A stretch of DNA of 64,000 bases from Escherichia phage ECO07P1. The stretch lies in sequence record OP172784; one strand, 5' to 3'. Made by a program: the position numbers and the translations under genes. The stretch's first letter is position 1; each line of letters opens with the position of its first letter. Under the pieces are notes generated by a model. The model saw only the letters and a list, made by a program, of their open reading frames with translations, ran no database searches and was not told the DNA's origin. Below, piece after piece: positions 37,403 through 48,650 of this stretch.

Positions 37403-40400
37403 TTATGCTAAACGAACGATATAGTTAAAAGCAATGTTTTTAACCGTGTTTTCTGTATTACCTGTACTATTTACAGTGATAGTATGACCATGCGAGCCAA
37501 TTGCTACCGTGTGGGTATGAGCACCGATACCTACAGTATGGGTATGAGCACCAATACCTACTGTGTGAGCATGGTTACCCGTAGCGCTAGTAGTTCCTGA
37601 CCAACTATGGGTGTGGGCACCGTCTGAAGAAGTTTTGGCCATATTCGACGCTGCAGTAGCACCGCTCACGGTTCCAGTGATTTTAGCGTTGCCGTTTGGA
37701 CCTGCACTATTGTATCCATCATAGAATATGCTAGTGGGTATGCCGCCTTGCATCTGAGGGCCTGAACGAGCGTGTTGGTGCGCACCAGCGGAACTAGTAT
37801 TACCACTCACTGTATGGCTATGGTTGCCGGTGGTATTACTGGTCTTAGTACCATAATCAAAGCTTGAAGTCGTTTTGCTACCGTAATCAAAACTTGATGT
37901 GGTTTTAGTACCTAAGTCAGTACTTGAAGCCGATGCACTATGGCTATGAGCCTTAACACCATCTTCTTCTGCGCTCAAAACATCACGACCACTTGGTTTA
38001 CCCTTGATAGTTTGCCCGCGCATATCAGGCAGAGAGCCGGAAGGATACACCGCAGCTAACTTAGGATACAAGCCAACATCAAATGTTTGACCTTCCATTA
38101 TGGCATAACCTTCAGGAGGTGTATCAGTAGGCCAAGGAATCGGAGCTCCAATAGGATAACTTGAAACAATATCAGTTTTAAGTGATTCAATCGTACTGTT
38201 TAAGTTAGCAAAATTACCAGAACCACCAGTAATATTACCATCAGTACCAAGAGTAGCAGCACCGGCAATAATTTTACCAGGTGTGCGGAAGTCACCGGTA
38301 CGACGGAATTCCCAACTTATATCGGTTCCGGTAGTACTAGTACCTTGGTGATAATGGACACGGAAGTCTCCTTGGGCAATTAAGGTACCAATAGAATAAG
38401 TACTATCACCCTTTACATACCGTTGTTTAACAATAGGAATGTATTCAGAAGTAGCAGTACGCTCTATATTCATATAAATTGGAGCTCTTACGTTTACATC
38501 GTTCTGAGATGCAAAGGAACCACAACCCGTTGGGCGAACTCCATCAGAAGCCTCAATATCTATATAAGCATTTTGTCCTAATTGCATTCTAAAGTTGGCA
38601 TTAATGCGAGAGTTACTATTTATAGTAGTTAAAGCATTATTTTGATCTACTATAAAAGAATCTCTTCCTAACCCAACCATGCCATCGTTTAATCCTATTC
38701 TCACAGGTCTCAAAGAGCTGTGAATGTCTCCGCTTTCGCCTTCATTTTGATTGGTTGGAATAATATAGAAGTTGGCTTCTGAACGACGGAAAATAGCGCC
38801 ATATTCGGAATTCCAAATTCTTAATGCATTAGCAGTTCCACCAATTTTTACTTGGCCGGTAATAGAAGAACCACCTTGGACAAACAAACCGTTAGACATA
38901 GTAACATTGCCACCGAAAGAACCTGTACCGGAGGCACTTATATTTCCAAGGCCTATGATATGACCTGTTTCGACAGTTCCGTTAAATTTAAAGTTAACCG
39001 GACCTACCGTTTGACCTGATGCAGGATTAGTACGTTGAGCGTAAAAATAATAACCTTGCCCATCAGCTACTTCAAAAACGGTTTCACGACTACGATCACC
39101 AGATGCGTTAAATGAATTACCCCACACTTTAACTGTAACAGGGCTTTTGTTTTGACCTGAGCGTGTGCCACTATTCCAGTATATGCTTCTAGTACCATCT
39201 ACAGCCGTCGGAGCATTAAATTGGAATCCCTGATTATCAGGTCCATCAATAATTATACCTTTATTAAGACGAAAAGCTAATGTAGAATCAATATTACCTG
39301 TTGCAGCGTTAAAGCTAATACTGTTAGCACCGGTTACTAGTTTAAGAATACCCGGGTTAACTTCCATGCCTTCTTGAGTATTAATATTAGTTTTGCCTTT
39401 ACCACGGAAATAGTGGTTCATTTTACCGCCTGAGTTATAGCCAATATGTGTCTGGCCGTCTCCACCAGTGTTTCCATCAGCTTGTGTTTGAACCGATAAA
39501 AAGGCAACGTTGGTTCCAGGCATAATCCATGTTGTGCCTTGATCTTCTGAGCGTCCAAATAATGCTTTACGTGTACTACGGAAACTGTCAGGAGTAATAG
39601 AAGCAACAGAATATCCACCGCCAACTAGATCAAATACACCGGTTTTTTTGTATGACAAGCCAGTTACAGTGTCACCGAGAACAAGATACTTATCGCCCAT
39701 TACACCGACGTTACCATAATCACTAGACGGGAAATCTGCAGTGAATGTACCTAATGCAAGGCTATTACGCCCAGCCATTCGGCCGTCGTTACGAATACCA
39801 TATTGTTTAGATGATGGAGTATTACCCGTCCACCAAGACATTTCATCTGCTTGGCCAGTCTGAGCTGTACAGATTTCATGCCACATGGTTCCGGCAGCTT
39901 TAGCGCGAACTTTACGAAGATAGTTTATACCGTTTGTTTCACCGGTTCCAGGATAAACATAGTTAACCAAAGATTGAGAATCATATTGCCCAAAGGCTTT
40001 GGCATCGTGAATAACAGTATCAACCGCAATGCGTTTAGTTACTAACGAATCTGATGCTAAAATACGGTTAGCTTGAAATTCACCGCCGTTTATAGAACGG
40101 AAATAGAATTCGCTATTAATAATGCTTCCGGTTCCTTGTCTAACTCTAAGACGTATTTCACCGTCAGTTGTAGTTTGAGGACGAGCATATATAACGCCTC
40201 GTTCAATGCCATCGGCATTTTCAAACCAAAGATGGGCATTGGAAGTATCATTTGAGGCTCTTGTATAAAATGAACCTTGTGTAGATCTGAAAACTTTTGC
40301 AGTTATGCCTTCAGTAGAACCAATAGGTCCATTTACGGTCATTCCACCAGTTTGTACATAATCGCCGTTTAATTTCAAAAGACCATTGATAGTCACATTT

Positions 40401-40579
40401 CCATCAACTTGCCCGCCTTTAGCAAAACCCAGATCAATGATATTTCCTAAATCGTCTTTAGTAAAAATTGTTCTATCTTTTAAGTTTATAGCCAATTCAC
40501 CTTCGGCTAATACTGAAGCAGCAGGACGAGCACCTGCGGTTTTGCTTCTTTTAAATTGTATTTGTTTTAAAGTAGCCAT
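37403..40579 (-). CDS. 37: gp37 long tail fibre distal subunit (receptor-binding), T4-type with His-box tip
   Basis: 1058 aa; C-terminal GAHTHTV His-box repeats and conserved extreme C-terminus [11 protein letters not shown]. Confidence 0.95.
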   Translation of the reverse strand: MATLKQIQFKRSKTAGARPAASVLAEGELAINLKDRTIFTKDDLGNIIDLGFAKGGQVDGNVTINGLLKLNGDYVQTGGMTVNGPIGSTEGITAKVFRSTQGSFYTRASNDTSNAHLWFENADGIERGVIYARPQTTTDGEIRLRVRQGTGSIINSEFYFRSINGGEFQANRILASDSLVTKRIAVDTVIHDAKAFGQYDSQSLVNYVYPGTGETNGINYLRKVRAKAAGTMWHEICTAQTGQADEMSWWTGNTPSSKQYGIRNDGRMAGRNSLALGTFTADFPSSDYGNVGVMGDKYLVLGDTVTGLSYKKTGVFDLVGGGYSVASITPDSFRSTRKALFGRSEDQGTTWIMPGTNVAFLSVQTQADGNTGGDGQTHIGYNSGGKMNHYFRGKGKTNINTQEGMEVNPGILKLVTGANSISFNAATGNIDSTLAFRLNKGIIIDGPDNQGFQFNAPTAVDGTRSIYWNSGTRSGQNKSPVTVKVWGNSFNASGDRSRETVFEVADGQGYYFYAQRTNPASGQTVGPVNFKFNGTVETGHIIGLGNISASGTGSFGGNVTMSNGLFVQGGSSITGQVKIGGTANALRIWNSEYGAIFRRSEANFYIIPTNQNEGESGDIHSSLRPVRIGLNDGMVGLGRDSFIVDQNNALTTINSNSRINANFRMQLGQNAYIDIEASDGVRPTGCGSFASQNDVNVRAPIYMNIERTATSEYIPIVKQRYVKGDSTYSIGTLIAQGDFRVHYHQGTSTTGTDISWEFRRTGDFRTPGKIIAGAATLGTDGNITGGSGNFANLNSTIESLKTDIVSSYPIGAPIPWPTDTPPEGYAIMEGQTFDVGLYPKLAAVYPSGSLPDMRGQTIKGKPSGRDVLSAEEDGVKAHSHSASASSTDLGTKTTSSFDYGSKTTSSFDYGTKTSNTTGNHSHTVSGNTSSAGAHQHARSGPQMQGGIPTSIFYDGYNSAGPNGNAKITGTVSGATAASNMAKTSSDGAHTHSWSGTTSATGNHAHTVGIGAHTHTVGIGAHTHTVAIGSHGHTITVNSTGNTENTVKNIAFNYIVRLA
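37483..37575 (-). repeat. About three tandem 27-bp coding repeats (His boxes GxHxHTV) in gene 37
   Basis: Near-identical units gtgggtatgagcaccgatacctacagt / atgggtatgagcaccaatacctactgt. Confidence 0.7.
37842..37935 (-). repeat. Tandem ~30-bp coding repeats (TTSSFDYG units) in gene 37
   Basis: Protein shows [22 protein letters not shown]; DNA units accataatcaaagcttgaagt / accgtaatcaaaacttgatgt. Confidence 0.6.
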
Positions 40580-40587
40580 AAGTCCTC

Positions 40588-41253
40588 TTAATAATAGCCG
40601 AAATCTTGAACAGAATCCTTAATTACGATTTGGTCAAATCGTGGAACATGTGAAGGTTGAGATGCGGGATTCTGTGAGAAAAAGTTTGGCGCAGTTAAGT
40701 TACCTGTCATAGTGTCGCCAGATCGTAACACTCTAGAGTTCGCATTTGCCGTAACAGTATTTATTGCTCCATCGACGTAGTCCTTTCTAGTAAGATCACG
40801 AGCTTCTATAGGAGCAGCTGCGTTACTTTTTACTTGACCTACTGCTATCACAATGCCTTTTGTACTAATATCACCATTACGTGCATTAATTACAACAGTT
40901 CGGTCTGCTGAACCTTGTGATGATTTAAAACCAATACCATTCCACGAAACAATATCGATATTTGTTACAGCAAAAGTAGCATTATCACCATTACCTGGAT
41001 AAATACCGCATGGGTTTGTGTTGTTTACAGCATATGGGACTTGAACACCGCCGTTAAATGTTACCTTTGATGCATAAGTACCACCATTAGCTTTAGAAAC
41101 GAAATCGTTATCTGCAGCTTGTGGTTTATTATATTCTGAATATATTTTAAATGATTTATAGAGTACATCGTCACCGGCTGGATTCAATGGAAAATTTCCT
41201 TGATGCCAAATAACAGAGCCTCCAGTTGTTGAACCTACTTTTAAATCAGCCAT
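40588..41253 (-). CDS. 36: gp36 long tail fibre distal connector
   Basis: 221 aa, matches T4 gp36. Confidence 0.9.
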   Translation of the reverse strand: MADLKVGSTTGGSVIWHQGNFPLNPAGDDVLYKSFKIYSEYNKPQAADNDFVSKANGGTYASKVTFNGGVQVPYAVNNTNPCGIYPGNGDNATFAVTNIDIVSWNGIGFKSSQGSADRTVVINARNGDISTKGIVIAVGQVKSNAAAPIEARDLTRKDYVDGAINTVTANANSRVLRSGDTMTGNLTAPNFFSQNPASQPSHVPRFDQIVIKDSVQDFGYY

Positions 41254-41276
41254 TGTATGCCCCTTTATTTTAATAG

Positions 41277-41284
41277 TATTTATA
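41277..41284 (-). promoter_or_regulatory. T4 late promoter TATAAATA (- strand) upstream of gene 36
   Basis: Reverse complement of tatttata about 24 nt upstream of the gene 36 ATG. Confidence 0.5.
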
Positions 41285-41315
41285 AAGAAAAGGGGAACCC
41301 GAAGGCTCCCTCAGT

Positions 41316-42431
41316 TTAAACTTCTCTAAATTCTTGCCCAAACACTTTACCAGTTTTAGACGATGCTTGTGTAGGAAGTACCATTATATCCGGAGGTGAA
41401 GCAGATTCACAGATATAATTAACACGAATGCCATTGACGCCAAATTCAGCAGGTTTCGAAATACCTCCATTTCTTGACACTTCAGAAAAGCTTAAATTTC
41501 TCATGCCACCTTGACCAGCTTGTGCAGTTCTTTGTGCGTATATCGTAAATCCCACAGCGTTTTCTGGAACAACTACATAATCTTCCTTTAATTCCCAAGA
41601 CCCAGCTTGTCCGGTGAACTCAGCTTGTGTTGAAGAAATATATCCATTAGATGCATTATAAAAACGGATGGATATATTTGTGGTTCCAAGCGCAAGTAAA
41701 TCCGCATCAGCATATAACTGAGCTTTAAGATAAAGAACATCACCAGGAACTAAATTATAATCAGAGAGTTTACTTATCGCGGATGAAGTTGGAAAACGTG
41801 CAATTTCGTTATTGGTTCCACCGACCGCTGACATGAATTGCTCGACACTTTCATATGTTCTTTTAGGAAATCCCGTAGCTCCAACGTCTTCTAAACTATC
41901 AAATACAACATCTAAAATAGTTTGATAGTCATCTGTGCTTTTTCTATTACTTAATTTAACATGCTCTAATGCAATAGCTCTTTTAGAAGAAGTATAAAAA
42001 GCAGCATATGATACGTCGAATCTTGACAATATAGAGTCAGATGGAAAAGCAGACGTTCCGGCGGTTCTTAACCAAGATACTACTTCAGGAGGAAAATTAA
42101 CCTTTCCGTTAGTTAATATAGCAACAAGTCTATTATTCGTCAAAGAATTCATGAAGCTAACAAAGGCAGCTGATGTAGTGTCATTTGAAGTCGAAAAAGC
42201 ATATGACTTACTATCAACTAATGCTCCGGTGGAAGGGTCAAAAACTCTTAAATGAAGTCCTGCGCTAAATGTTTGGCTTCCAACAGGATTATCTTGAAAT
42301 TTAACATACGGTCCTGCTGTAGAAAGCGGGCAAGAACCCGCTATGCTTATTTTGTATCTTACTGAATTACTTTCCGATAAAAATGGCGTTTGGACATATC
42401 CTTGTCCAAACTCTGCCATAAATTTTTCCAT
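41316..42431 (-). CDS. 35: gp35 tail fibre hinge protein
   Basis: 371 aa, position and size as T4 gp35. Confidence 0.9.
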   Translation of the reverse strand: MEKFMAEFGQGYVQTPFLSESNSVRYKISIAGSCPLSTAGPYVKFQDNPVGSQTFSAGLHLRVFDPSTGALVDSKSYAFSTSNDTTSAAFVSFMNSLTNNRLVAILTNGKVNFPPEVVSWLRTAGTSAFPSDSILSRFDVSYAAFYTSSKRAIALEHVKLSNRKSTDDYQTILDVVFDSLEDVGATGFPKRTYESVEQFMSAVGGTNNEIARFPTSSAISKLSDYNLVPGDVLYLKAQLYADADLLALGTTNISIRFYNASNGYISSTQAEFTGQAGSWELKEDYVVVPENAVGFTIYAQRTAQAGQGGMRNLSFSEVSRNGGISKPAEFGVNGIRVNYICESASPPDIMVLPTQASSKTGKVFGQEFREV

Positions 42432-42439
42432 AATACCTC

Positions 42440-45400
42440 CTATTCAATCCATTCAAATTTAACAGATTTATTCACTGGGTCAGGAATAATGCGAACATTA
42501 CCAATTCGTAAGAAATCACGAATAGTAAGATTCCCCATTGTAGCATTATCAGATGGTAAAGCACCGATATCAGACGGCTGAGGAGGGTTACCTCCATCAA
42601 ATACCTGAACAAAACTCGACCAAGAGTTTTTGGTTTTCTGCCATGTACGCGTCCAGCGAGTGGTACGTGCTTCTGGAGTCGTTGGATAAGTAATCCAATC
42701 TTGGTAAAGCGAATCAAGTGTGTTACCAAACTGAGTCAATGTACCAGGAGATTTAACTTCTTCACCACGTTCTAAGTATGGAAGTCCAGTCACTTCATTA
42801 GTTTTTTCAACCATTTTAAAATAACCTGGGAACTGGTTATAAGTGGCTGAATCGTTGATGTCTATAGACCAAAAACCAACATTATCCATTGTAGGTTTTC
42901 TGCTATAGATGTCAGAAGTCTTATCTCCTGTAACCCTTGCATATTTCTGAACATCTAAGCCGTTGTTAATGGTAGCTTTGTTGCTTACCGTAAGGAAGTT
43001 GTTAATAGTAACGGCACCTTCGAATCTAGATTCGCTATTAGCAACTAGACTGGTGGTTGTAATACCTGAAGCTTTAGTAACATTAAGCCCGCCATTAATT
43101 ACAGCAGTCCCATTACCAAGAACGAAATTACCTGCCGATATTTCTAAATCACCGTTCCGTCTAAAGGACCATTTGCGCTGGGTTTTTACTGCATCTATAT
43201 AATGAAGAATAAAAGCACCTTCATCATTTGAGGTAGGTTCATTTGTCAATGTACCAAAGGTAAATGTTCCATCTTTATAACGTTGCTTAATTAAAGGAAC
43301 GTATCTAGATGCGCCAGCTAGAGTAGTTATATTTAAAAATACAGGAGCTTTAACATTGCTATCATGTTGAGAGGTCCAAGTACCCGAGCCTTGCGAAAGT
43401 GAAGTGAACTCAATGTAATTCTGAGCACCTACAGTAGAATTGCTATTGATTGCAGTAGCACCGGTTAATGTGGTATTATTTGAAGTAACAGAACCACTCA
43501 AATTAACCACACCTGTAGCGGTTAAAGTACTTTCAATTCTTGCAGGCTGTTTAAATGTCATAGTAGCATTAATATCCTGGGCTACATCACGACGAATAAA
43601 CTGTGTACTATCCAGGTTATCCAGTTTATCCGAGTCTGCTGCTTTAGCCAAACGCGGCAGGAAGTTACCAAGAGTTTTGTTTAACTCGTACGGAGAGATA
43701 GCATAGCTATTTTTCTCGTACAGGTCAAGAGCCTGGGTCGAACCTGCAGTTGCATTACCGACAAAAGTAATTGCGCCTTCAGACATTTTAACAAAACCTC
43801 TTATCGCAGTAGTAGCTGCCCAAGTAGGTTCACTCTGCACAATCCATTTTAAATTTTTTGGAGATACAGCAGTATTTGCTGACGTTCCAGCCACAGTTTC
43901 AGACTGAGTTGCAACTTTAATAACACCTTCCTGCGATTCGGTAGATTTAGTACCTAAAAGCTTTTTAGGAGTTATTAAAACATTATCCAATGTTCCTGCA
44001 GCAGCTTCAACTTGTGTAGCTACACGAAGTGTACCACGCTGTGTCTCATTTGCTTCAAGAATATTAAGTGTATAATGGTCCCAGAGAGTTCCTGATTCAA
44101 CTAATCCAGATAGAGCAACAACAGAAGTACGATCAGTACTATTAAATCTGGTTTTAATTTTTAATGGTGTAGAGATACGAGTATCGTCGACGCCTGCGTC
44201 GAATTCAACTTGTGTAGCAATTTCAGCTATACCACTTAAACTTTCAGTTGCTCTACGGTCATTTAAAGTTTTAGGAGTGACTGCACGAGTATAATCAGTT
44301 CCTGTATTAACTTCACTTTGTGTAGCAATTTCAATTAAACCAATTCTTGCATCAGTTGATGTCTTTTTATGTAACGTTTCTGGCGTTACAACAGCATTTG
44401 CCCATCCTTCTTGACTCTGTCCAGCAATTACTTCACTTTCAACTGCTAAAATTACTGCACCTTGTTGCGTTGGAGTAGCTTTATACTGATCCAAAGCTTT
44501 AGGCGAAACGACTAAATTATTAGTGTTTTTATTATAAACGTTTGTACCATTTAATTCACGACTAGAAGCTGGAGTAGCTCCTGCGGTAGATACAAAGGTT
44601 ACAATACCAGATAATGATTCAGAACCTTGACGAGCTTGAAGCTTTTTAGGAGTGATGATTGTAGTATCATCAGTACCTGCATTAGTTTCCTGTTGCGTAG
44701 CAATTTCAGCAACACCTCTACGAGTTTCTGTAGCAGTTCTTTCATTCAGCTTTTTAGGAGTGATGATAATATCATCAGCAAAAGAGAATGTAGTGTTCTG
44801 ATTCACTTGAGCAGTAGTTGCTATTCTTGCGATACCTCTGCGAGTTTCTGTAGCAGTACGATTAGCTAATGTTTCCGGAGTAATTGCTAATTCTTTTTGT
44901 GGAGAATTTTCTAAATCGACGTTAGCTTGAGCTTGTGTAGCTAAAGCAATTACGCCTAATCTTGCTCTAGTAGAATCATTTAAAGAATCAACTCTTTCTA
45001 CGGTTGGAACGTTTTGCTGTACAACCCAATATTTTCCATCAGAATCTTCTATATAAGCAAGCTCTAAAACTGGAACATAATTAGTTTCACCGTTAAAAAC
45101 TAATTCTTGAACAGTTACCCATTCAGCTTCAGGTGGATATTCTGAACGTTTTGGGAATTGCAGCAATTGAACTGAAGAAGCAATTTTATCTTCACCGGCA
45201 GCTTTGATTTTAACTGTTTGTCCTTTTCTCATGTAATTCATGGAAATTTTAACAGTATCACCAACAGAAATATTAGTTGGAAGCTTAAGCTCAATTGTCT
45301 GAGCTGTTCCGTTATTCGCACCAAATACCATAACTTCTTCATTTGGACGAATATTTGAATTAGTTGTTATAATACGTAAACGTGCTTTATTATCCCCGTC

Positions 45401-46285
45401 AAACAATCTCCACAATTTTTCATTATCATCAAACATCAAGAAACCGTCAATCGTTGTACGGCCTTCAATGGAATGAGTTCCAACTTCTTGTACTGAAGTC
45501 GTTTCATCGTATGTAGTAACAATTGTATGATAAAGCGGATTTAGTTTATCTAAATCGACGAAATTAATAATATCGCCATGATTAGCAAATCTCGGAAGTT
45601 TAATATTAATCGGTGCAGCAGAAGTAAATCTACGTACGATAAAATCGTTAGATTGTGCTTGATAAGTATTCGCTGGTGTTACAATTACAGCTTCTCTACT
45701 ATAATCAGCAACATACATTTGCCACAGACGATTACTAAAAATTAAAACTAACTGTGACTTTGGATGAGTCATTAGTACTGAACGTACTTGCTCGCCTCTA
45801 AAGTTTACAATACTTTGCACTGGAGCTACAATTAAAACTTGGTTAACTCCAGGTTTTCCTCCAATATCTTGGAGAACGATAGTATCACCATCAATTGGAG
45901 AAGATGGTAAAGTAAACGTGATGTCATTTCCAGCTGCGGTGTTAACCGAAATAGCTTCACCAGATTTTAATTGATATGAACCAGATGAGACTGTAATCCA
46001 GTTAGCATCAGTACGCAATGCTCTCCAGCGTCCACTATTAAAAGTTCCTGCCGGTTTTGGAATATCATTTATAGCAGCCCAAAAGCGGTTATCATAAATG
46101 ATTACAAAATCTTTTAAATATCCACGAGTTGGATCATATTGTTGAACTGTGTTTTCTTGAATTAGGTAATCAACGTTAACACCGTCAGTTCCTACGGTAC
46201 GATCAGCTAAAGCTACGTTGATTATTTTATCGCCACCTGCGTCCAGACCGTCTTCTGCTCTGAACTTTCTTTTAATCTCGGCCAT
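42440..46285 (-). CDS. 34: gp34 long tail fibre proximal subunit
   Basis: 1281 aa, repeated beta-rich modules; matches T4 gp34. Confidence 0.95.
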   Translation of the reverse strand: MAEIKRKFRAEDGLDAGGDKIINVALADRTVGTDGVNVDYLIQENTVQQYDPTRGYLKDFVIIYDNRFWAAINDIPKPAGTFNSGRWRALRTDANWITVSSGSYQLKSGEAISVNTAAGNDITFTLPSSPIDGDTIVLQDIGGKPGVNQVLIVAPVQSIVNFRGEQVRSVLMTHPKSQLVLIFSNRLWQMYVADYSREAVIVTPANTYQAQSNDFIVRRFTSAAPINIKLPRFANHGDIINFVDLDKLNPLYHTIVTTYDETTSVQEVGTHSIEGRTTIDGFLMFDDNEKLWRLFDGDNKARLRIITTNSNIRPNEEVMVFGANNGTAQTIELKLPTNISVGDTVKISMNYMRKGQTVKIKAAGEDKIASSVQLLQFPKRSEYPPEAEWVTVQELVFNGETNYVPVLELAYIEDSDGKYWVVQQNVPTVERVDSLNDSTRARLGVIALATQAQANVDLENSPQKELAITPETLANRTATETRRGIARIATTAQVNQNTTFSFADDIIITPKKLNERTATETRRGVAEIATQQETNAGTDDTTIITPKKLQARQGSESLSGIVTFVSTAGATPASSRELNGTNVYNKNTNNLVVSPKALDQYKATPTQQGAVILAVESEVIAGQSQEGWANAVVTPETLHKKTSTDARIGLIEIATQSEVNTGTDYTRAVTPKTLNDRRATESLSGIAEIATQVEFDAGVDDTRISTPLKIKTRFNSTDRTSVVALSGLVESGTLWDHYTLNILEANETQRGTLRVATQVEAAAGTLDNVLITPKKLLGTKSTESQEGVIKVATQSETVAGTSANTAVSPKNLKWIVQSEPTWAATTAIRGFVKMSEGAITFVGNATAGSTQALDLYEKNSYAISPYELNKTLGNFLPRLAKAADSDKLDNLDSTQFIRRDVAQDINATMTFKQPARIESTLTATGVVNLSGSVTSNNTTLTGATAINSNSTVGAQNYIEFTSLSQGSGTWTSQHDSNVKAPVFLNITTLAGASRYVPLIKQRYKDGTFTFGTLTNEPTSNDEGAFILHYIDAVKTQRKWSFRRNGDLEISAGNFVLGNGTAVINGGLNVTKASGITTTSLVANSESRFEGAVTINNFLTVSNKATINNGLDVQKYARVTGDKTSDIYSRKPTMDNVGFWSIDINDSATYNQFPGYFKMVEKTNEVTGLPYLERGEEVKSPGTLTQFGNTLDSLYQDWITYPTTPEARTTRWTRTWQKTKNSWSSFVQVFDGGNPPQPSDIGALPSDNATMGNLTIRDFLRIGNVRIIPDPVNKSVKFEWIE

Positions 46286-46319
46286 TCTCCCGGGCTCCTA
46301 TTGTGTTTTCAATAATAAG

Positions 46320-46327
46320 TATTTATA
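46320..46327 (-). promoter_or_regulatory. T4 late promoter TATAAATA (- strand) upstream of gene 34
   Basis: Reverse complement of tatttata about 35 nt upstream of the gene 34 ATG. Confidence 0.55.
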
Positions 46328-46330
46328 CTT

Positions 46331-46360
46331 GTTTACTTTAAGATTCGGATGGTATATAAT
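46331..46360 (+). promoter_or_regulatory. T4-type early promoter upstream of rnh
   Basis: GTTTAC 46331-46336, 18-bp spacer, TATAAT 46355-46360. Confidence 0.5.
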
Positions 46361-46389
46361 AGAAATCTCACTAATTGAACGAGGTTCAT

Positions 46390-47307
46390 ATGGATTTAGA
46401 AATGATGCTGGATGAAGATTACAAAGAAGGAATCTGCTTAATTGACTTTAGTCAAATTGCGCTTTCAACTGCTCTAGTAAACTTCCCAGATAAAGAAAAA
46501 ATTAATTTATCAATGGTTCGTCATTTGATATTGAACTCAATTAAGTTTAATGTCAAAAAAGCAAAAACTCTTGGATACACTAAAATTGTACTGTGTATCG
46601 ATAACGCGAAATCTGGATACTGGCGTCGTGATTTCGCTTATTATTATAAGAAAAACCGTGGAAAAGCACGAGAAGAATCTACTTGGGATTGGGAAGGTTA
46701 TTTTGAATCCAGTCATAAAGTTATAGATGAATTGAAAGCTTATATGCCATACATTGTTATGGATATTGATAAGTATGAAGCAGATGACCACATTGCTGTT
46801 CTTGTTAAAAAGTTCTCTTTAGAAGGACACAAGATTTTAATCATTTCATCGGATGGTGACTTTACTCAACTTCACAAATACCCAAATGTTAAGCAATGGT
46901 CACCGATGCACAAGAAATGGGTTAAAATTAAAAGCGGTTCTGCTGAAATTGACTGTATGACTAAAATCCTTAAAGGTGACAAAAAGGATAACGTTGCTTC
47001 AGTTAAAGTACGATCTGACTTTTGGTTTACCAGAGTTGAAGGTGAACGAACTCCTTCAATGAAAACATCTATTGTTGAAGCTATTGCTAATGACCGTGAG
47101 CAAGCTAAGGTGCTTCTCACCGAATCTGAATATAATCGATACAAAGAAAATTTAGTTCTAATTGATTTTGATTATATTCCTGATAATATTGCTTCAAACA
47201 TCGTGAATTACTATAATTCATATAAATTACCACCGCGTGGCAAAATTTATTCATATTTTGTAAAAGCGGGTCTTTCTAAATTAACTAATAACATTAATGA
47301 ATTTTGA
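46390..47307 (+). CDS. rnh: RNase H (FEN-type 5'-3' exonuclease)
   Basis: ATG at 46390 gives 305 aa (MDLEMMLDEDYKEG...) matching T4 RNase H; track ORF begins 46375. Confidence 0.9.
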   Translation: MDLEMMLDEDYKEGICLIDFSQIALSTALVNFPDKEKINLSMVRHLILNSIKFNVKKAKTLGYTKIVLCIDNAKSGYWRRDFAYYYKKNRGKAREESTWDWEGYFESSHKVIDELKAYMPYIVMDIDKYEADDHIAVLVKKFSLEGHKILIISSDGDFTQLHKYPNVKQWSPMHKKWVKIKSGSAEIDCMTKILKGDKKDNVASVKVRSDFWFTRVEGERTPSMKTSIVEAIANDREQAKVLLTESEYNRYKENLVLIDFDYIPDNIASNIVNYYNSYKLPPRGKIYSYFVKAGLSKLTNNINEF

Positions 47308-47315
47308 GGTGAATA

Positions 47316-47585
47316 ATGGCTAAAAAAGAAATGGTTGAATTTGATGAAGCTATCCATGGCGAAGACTTGGCCAAATTTATCAAAGAAGCATCTGATCATA
47401 AACTGAAAATTTCCGGTTATAATGAATTGATTAAAGATATTCGAATTCGTGCCAAAGATGAACTTGGCGTTGATGGTAAGATGTTTAATCGTCTATTAGC
47501 TTTGTATCATAAAGATAACCGTGATGTGTTTGAAGCTGAAACCGAAGAGGTAGTTGAACTTTATGACACAGTTTTCTCTAAATGA
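47316..47585 (+). CDS. dsbA: DsbA, dsDNA-binding late-transcription protein
   Basis: 89 aa, matches T4 DsbA size and position. Confidence 0.8.
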   Translation: MAKKEMVEFDEAIHGEDLAKFIKEASDHKLKISGYNELIKDIRIRAKDELGVDGKMFNRLLALYHKDNRDVFEAETEEVVELYDTVFSK

Positions 47586-47901
47586 TATTCGTCCGGTCGA
47601 TGAGACCGGTCTTTCAGAAAAAGAACTTTCAATTAAGAAAGAAAAGGATGAAATAGCAAAGCTTCTTGACCGCCAAGAAAATGGATTTATTATTGAAAAA
47701 ATGGTAGAAGAGTTTGGAATGAGTTATCTTGAAGCTACAACAGCATTCTTGGAAGAAAATTCTATTCCTGAAACTCAGTTTGCTAAATTTATTCCTTCGG
47801 GTATAATTGAAAAAATTCAGTCAGAAGCTATTGACGAAAATCTTTTACGTCCTTCTGTTGTTCGTTGTGAAAAAACTAATACATTAGATTTTCTACTATG
47901 A
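47563..47901 (+). CDS. 33: gp33 late transcription co-activator
   Basis: ATG at 47563 gives 112 aa (MTQFSLNDIRPV...) matching T4 gp33. Confidence 0.85.
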   Translation: MTQFSLNDIRPVDETGLSEKELSIKKEKDEIAKLLDRQENGFIIEKMVEEFGMSYLEATTAFLEENSIPETQFAKFIPSGIIEKIQSEAIDENLLRPSVVRCEKTNTLDFLL

Positions 47902-48551
47902 TTAAACTCCGCATGCCTGCTGGTGGTGAAAGATACATTGATGGTAAATCAGTTTATAAATTATACTTAATGATAAAACAACATATGAATGGAAAGTATG
48001 ATGTAATTAAGTATAATTGGTGCATGCGGGTGTCTGATGCCGCTTATCAAAAGCGAAGGGATAAGTATTTTTTCCAGAAGTTATCAGAAAAATATAAATT
48101 AAAGGAACTTGCTTTAATATTTATAAGCAATCTTGTTGCTAACCAAGATGCTTGGATTGGTGACATCTCTGACGCTGATGCACTTGTGTTTTATCGTGAA
48201 TATATCGGACGCTTAAAGCAAATTAAATTTAAGTTTGAAGAAGATATTCGCAACATTTATTATTTTAGTAAAAAAGTTGAAGTTTCTGCTTTTAAAGAAA
48301 TTTTTGAATATAATCCAAAAGTTCAATCAAGTTATATTTTTAAACTACTTCAATCGAATATAATTTCGTTTGAGACGTTTATCTTGCTTGATTCGTTTTT
48401 AAATATAATTGATAAACATGATGAACAGACTGATAATTTAGTCTGGAATAATTATTCTATAAAGTTAAAAGCTTATAGAAAAATTTTAAATATTGATTCA
48501 CAGAAAGCCAAAAGTGTTTTCATTGAAACTGTGAAATCTTGTAAGTATTAA
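47898..48551 (+). CDS. 59: gp59 helicase loader
   Basis: 217 aa, near-identical to remembered T4 gp59. Confidence 0.9.
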   Translation: MIKLRMPAGGERYIDGKSVYKLYLMIKQHMNGKYDVIKYNWCMRVSDAAYQKRRDKYFFQKLSEKYKLKELALIFISNLVANQDAWIGDISDADALVFYREYIGRLKQIKFKFEEDIRNIYYFSKKVEVSAFKEIFEYNPKVQSSYIFKLLQSNIISFETFILLDSFLNIIDKHDEQTDNLVWNNYSIKLKAYRKILNIDSQKAKSVFIETVKSCKY

Positions 48552-48559
48552 TTGCTTAT

Positions 48560-48567
48560 TATAAATA
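48560..48567 (+). promoter_or_regulatory. Late-promoter motif TATAAATA upstream of gene 32
   Basis: Exact TATAAATA about 85 nt upstream of the gene 32 ATG. Confidence 0.4.
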
Positions 48568-48590
48568 GATTATAATTATCTCACTGACCA

Positions 48591-48650
48591 GCTATGAGGT
48601 CATACATCGTCATAGCACCAACTGTTAATTAAATTAAAAAGGAAATAAAA
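48591..48650 (+). promoter_or_regulatory. Gene 32 autoregulatory translational operator (hairpin/pseudoknot plus unstructured A/U-rich tract)
   Basis: gctatga...tcatagc stem followed by an A/U-rich leader up to the ATG. Confidence 0.6.

Noticed and set aside
37483-37935. Tandem direct repeats that could be mistaken for a CRISPR or VNTR array
   Set aside because: They are in-frame coding repeats inside gp37 (His boxes), with no spacer/repeat architecture and no cas genes.
42472-46415. Short ORFs inside the tail-fibre gene 34 region on either strand (e.g. 42472..42729 -, 42963..43202 +, 43440..43706 +, 44627..44869 +, 46218..46415 +)
   Set aside because: Embedded in or antisense to the 1281-aa gp34 frame; no start signals; the same reasoning applies to the shadow ORFs inside genes 37, 39, rIIA, nrdA and the others in the track.
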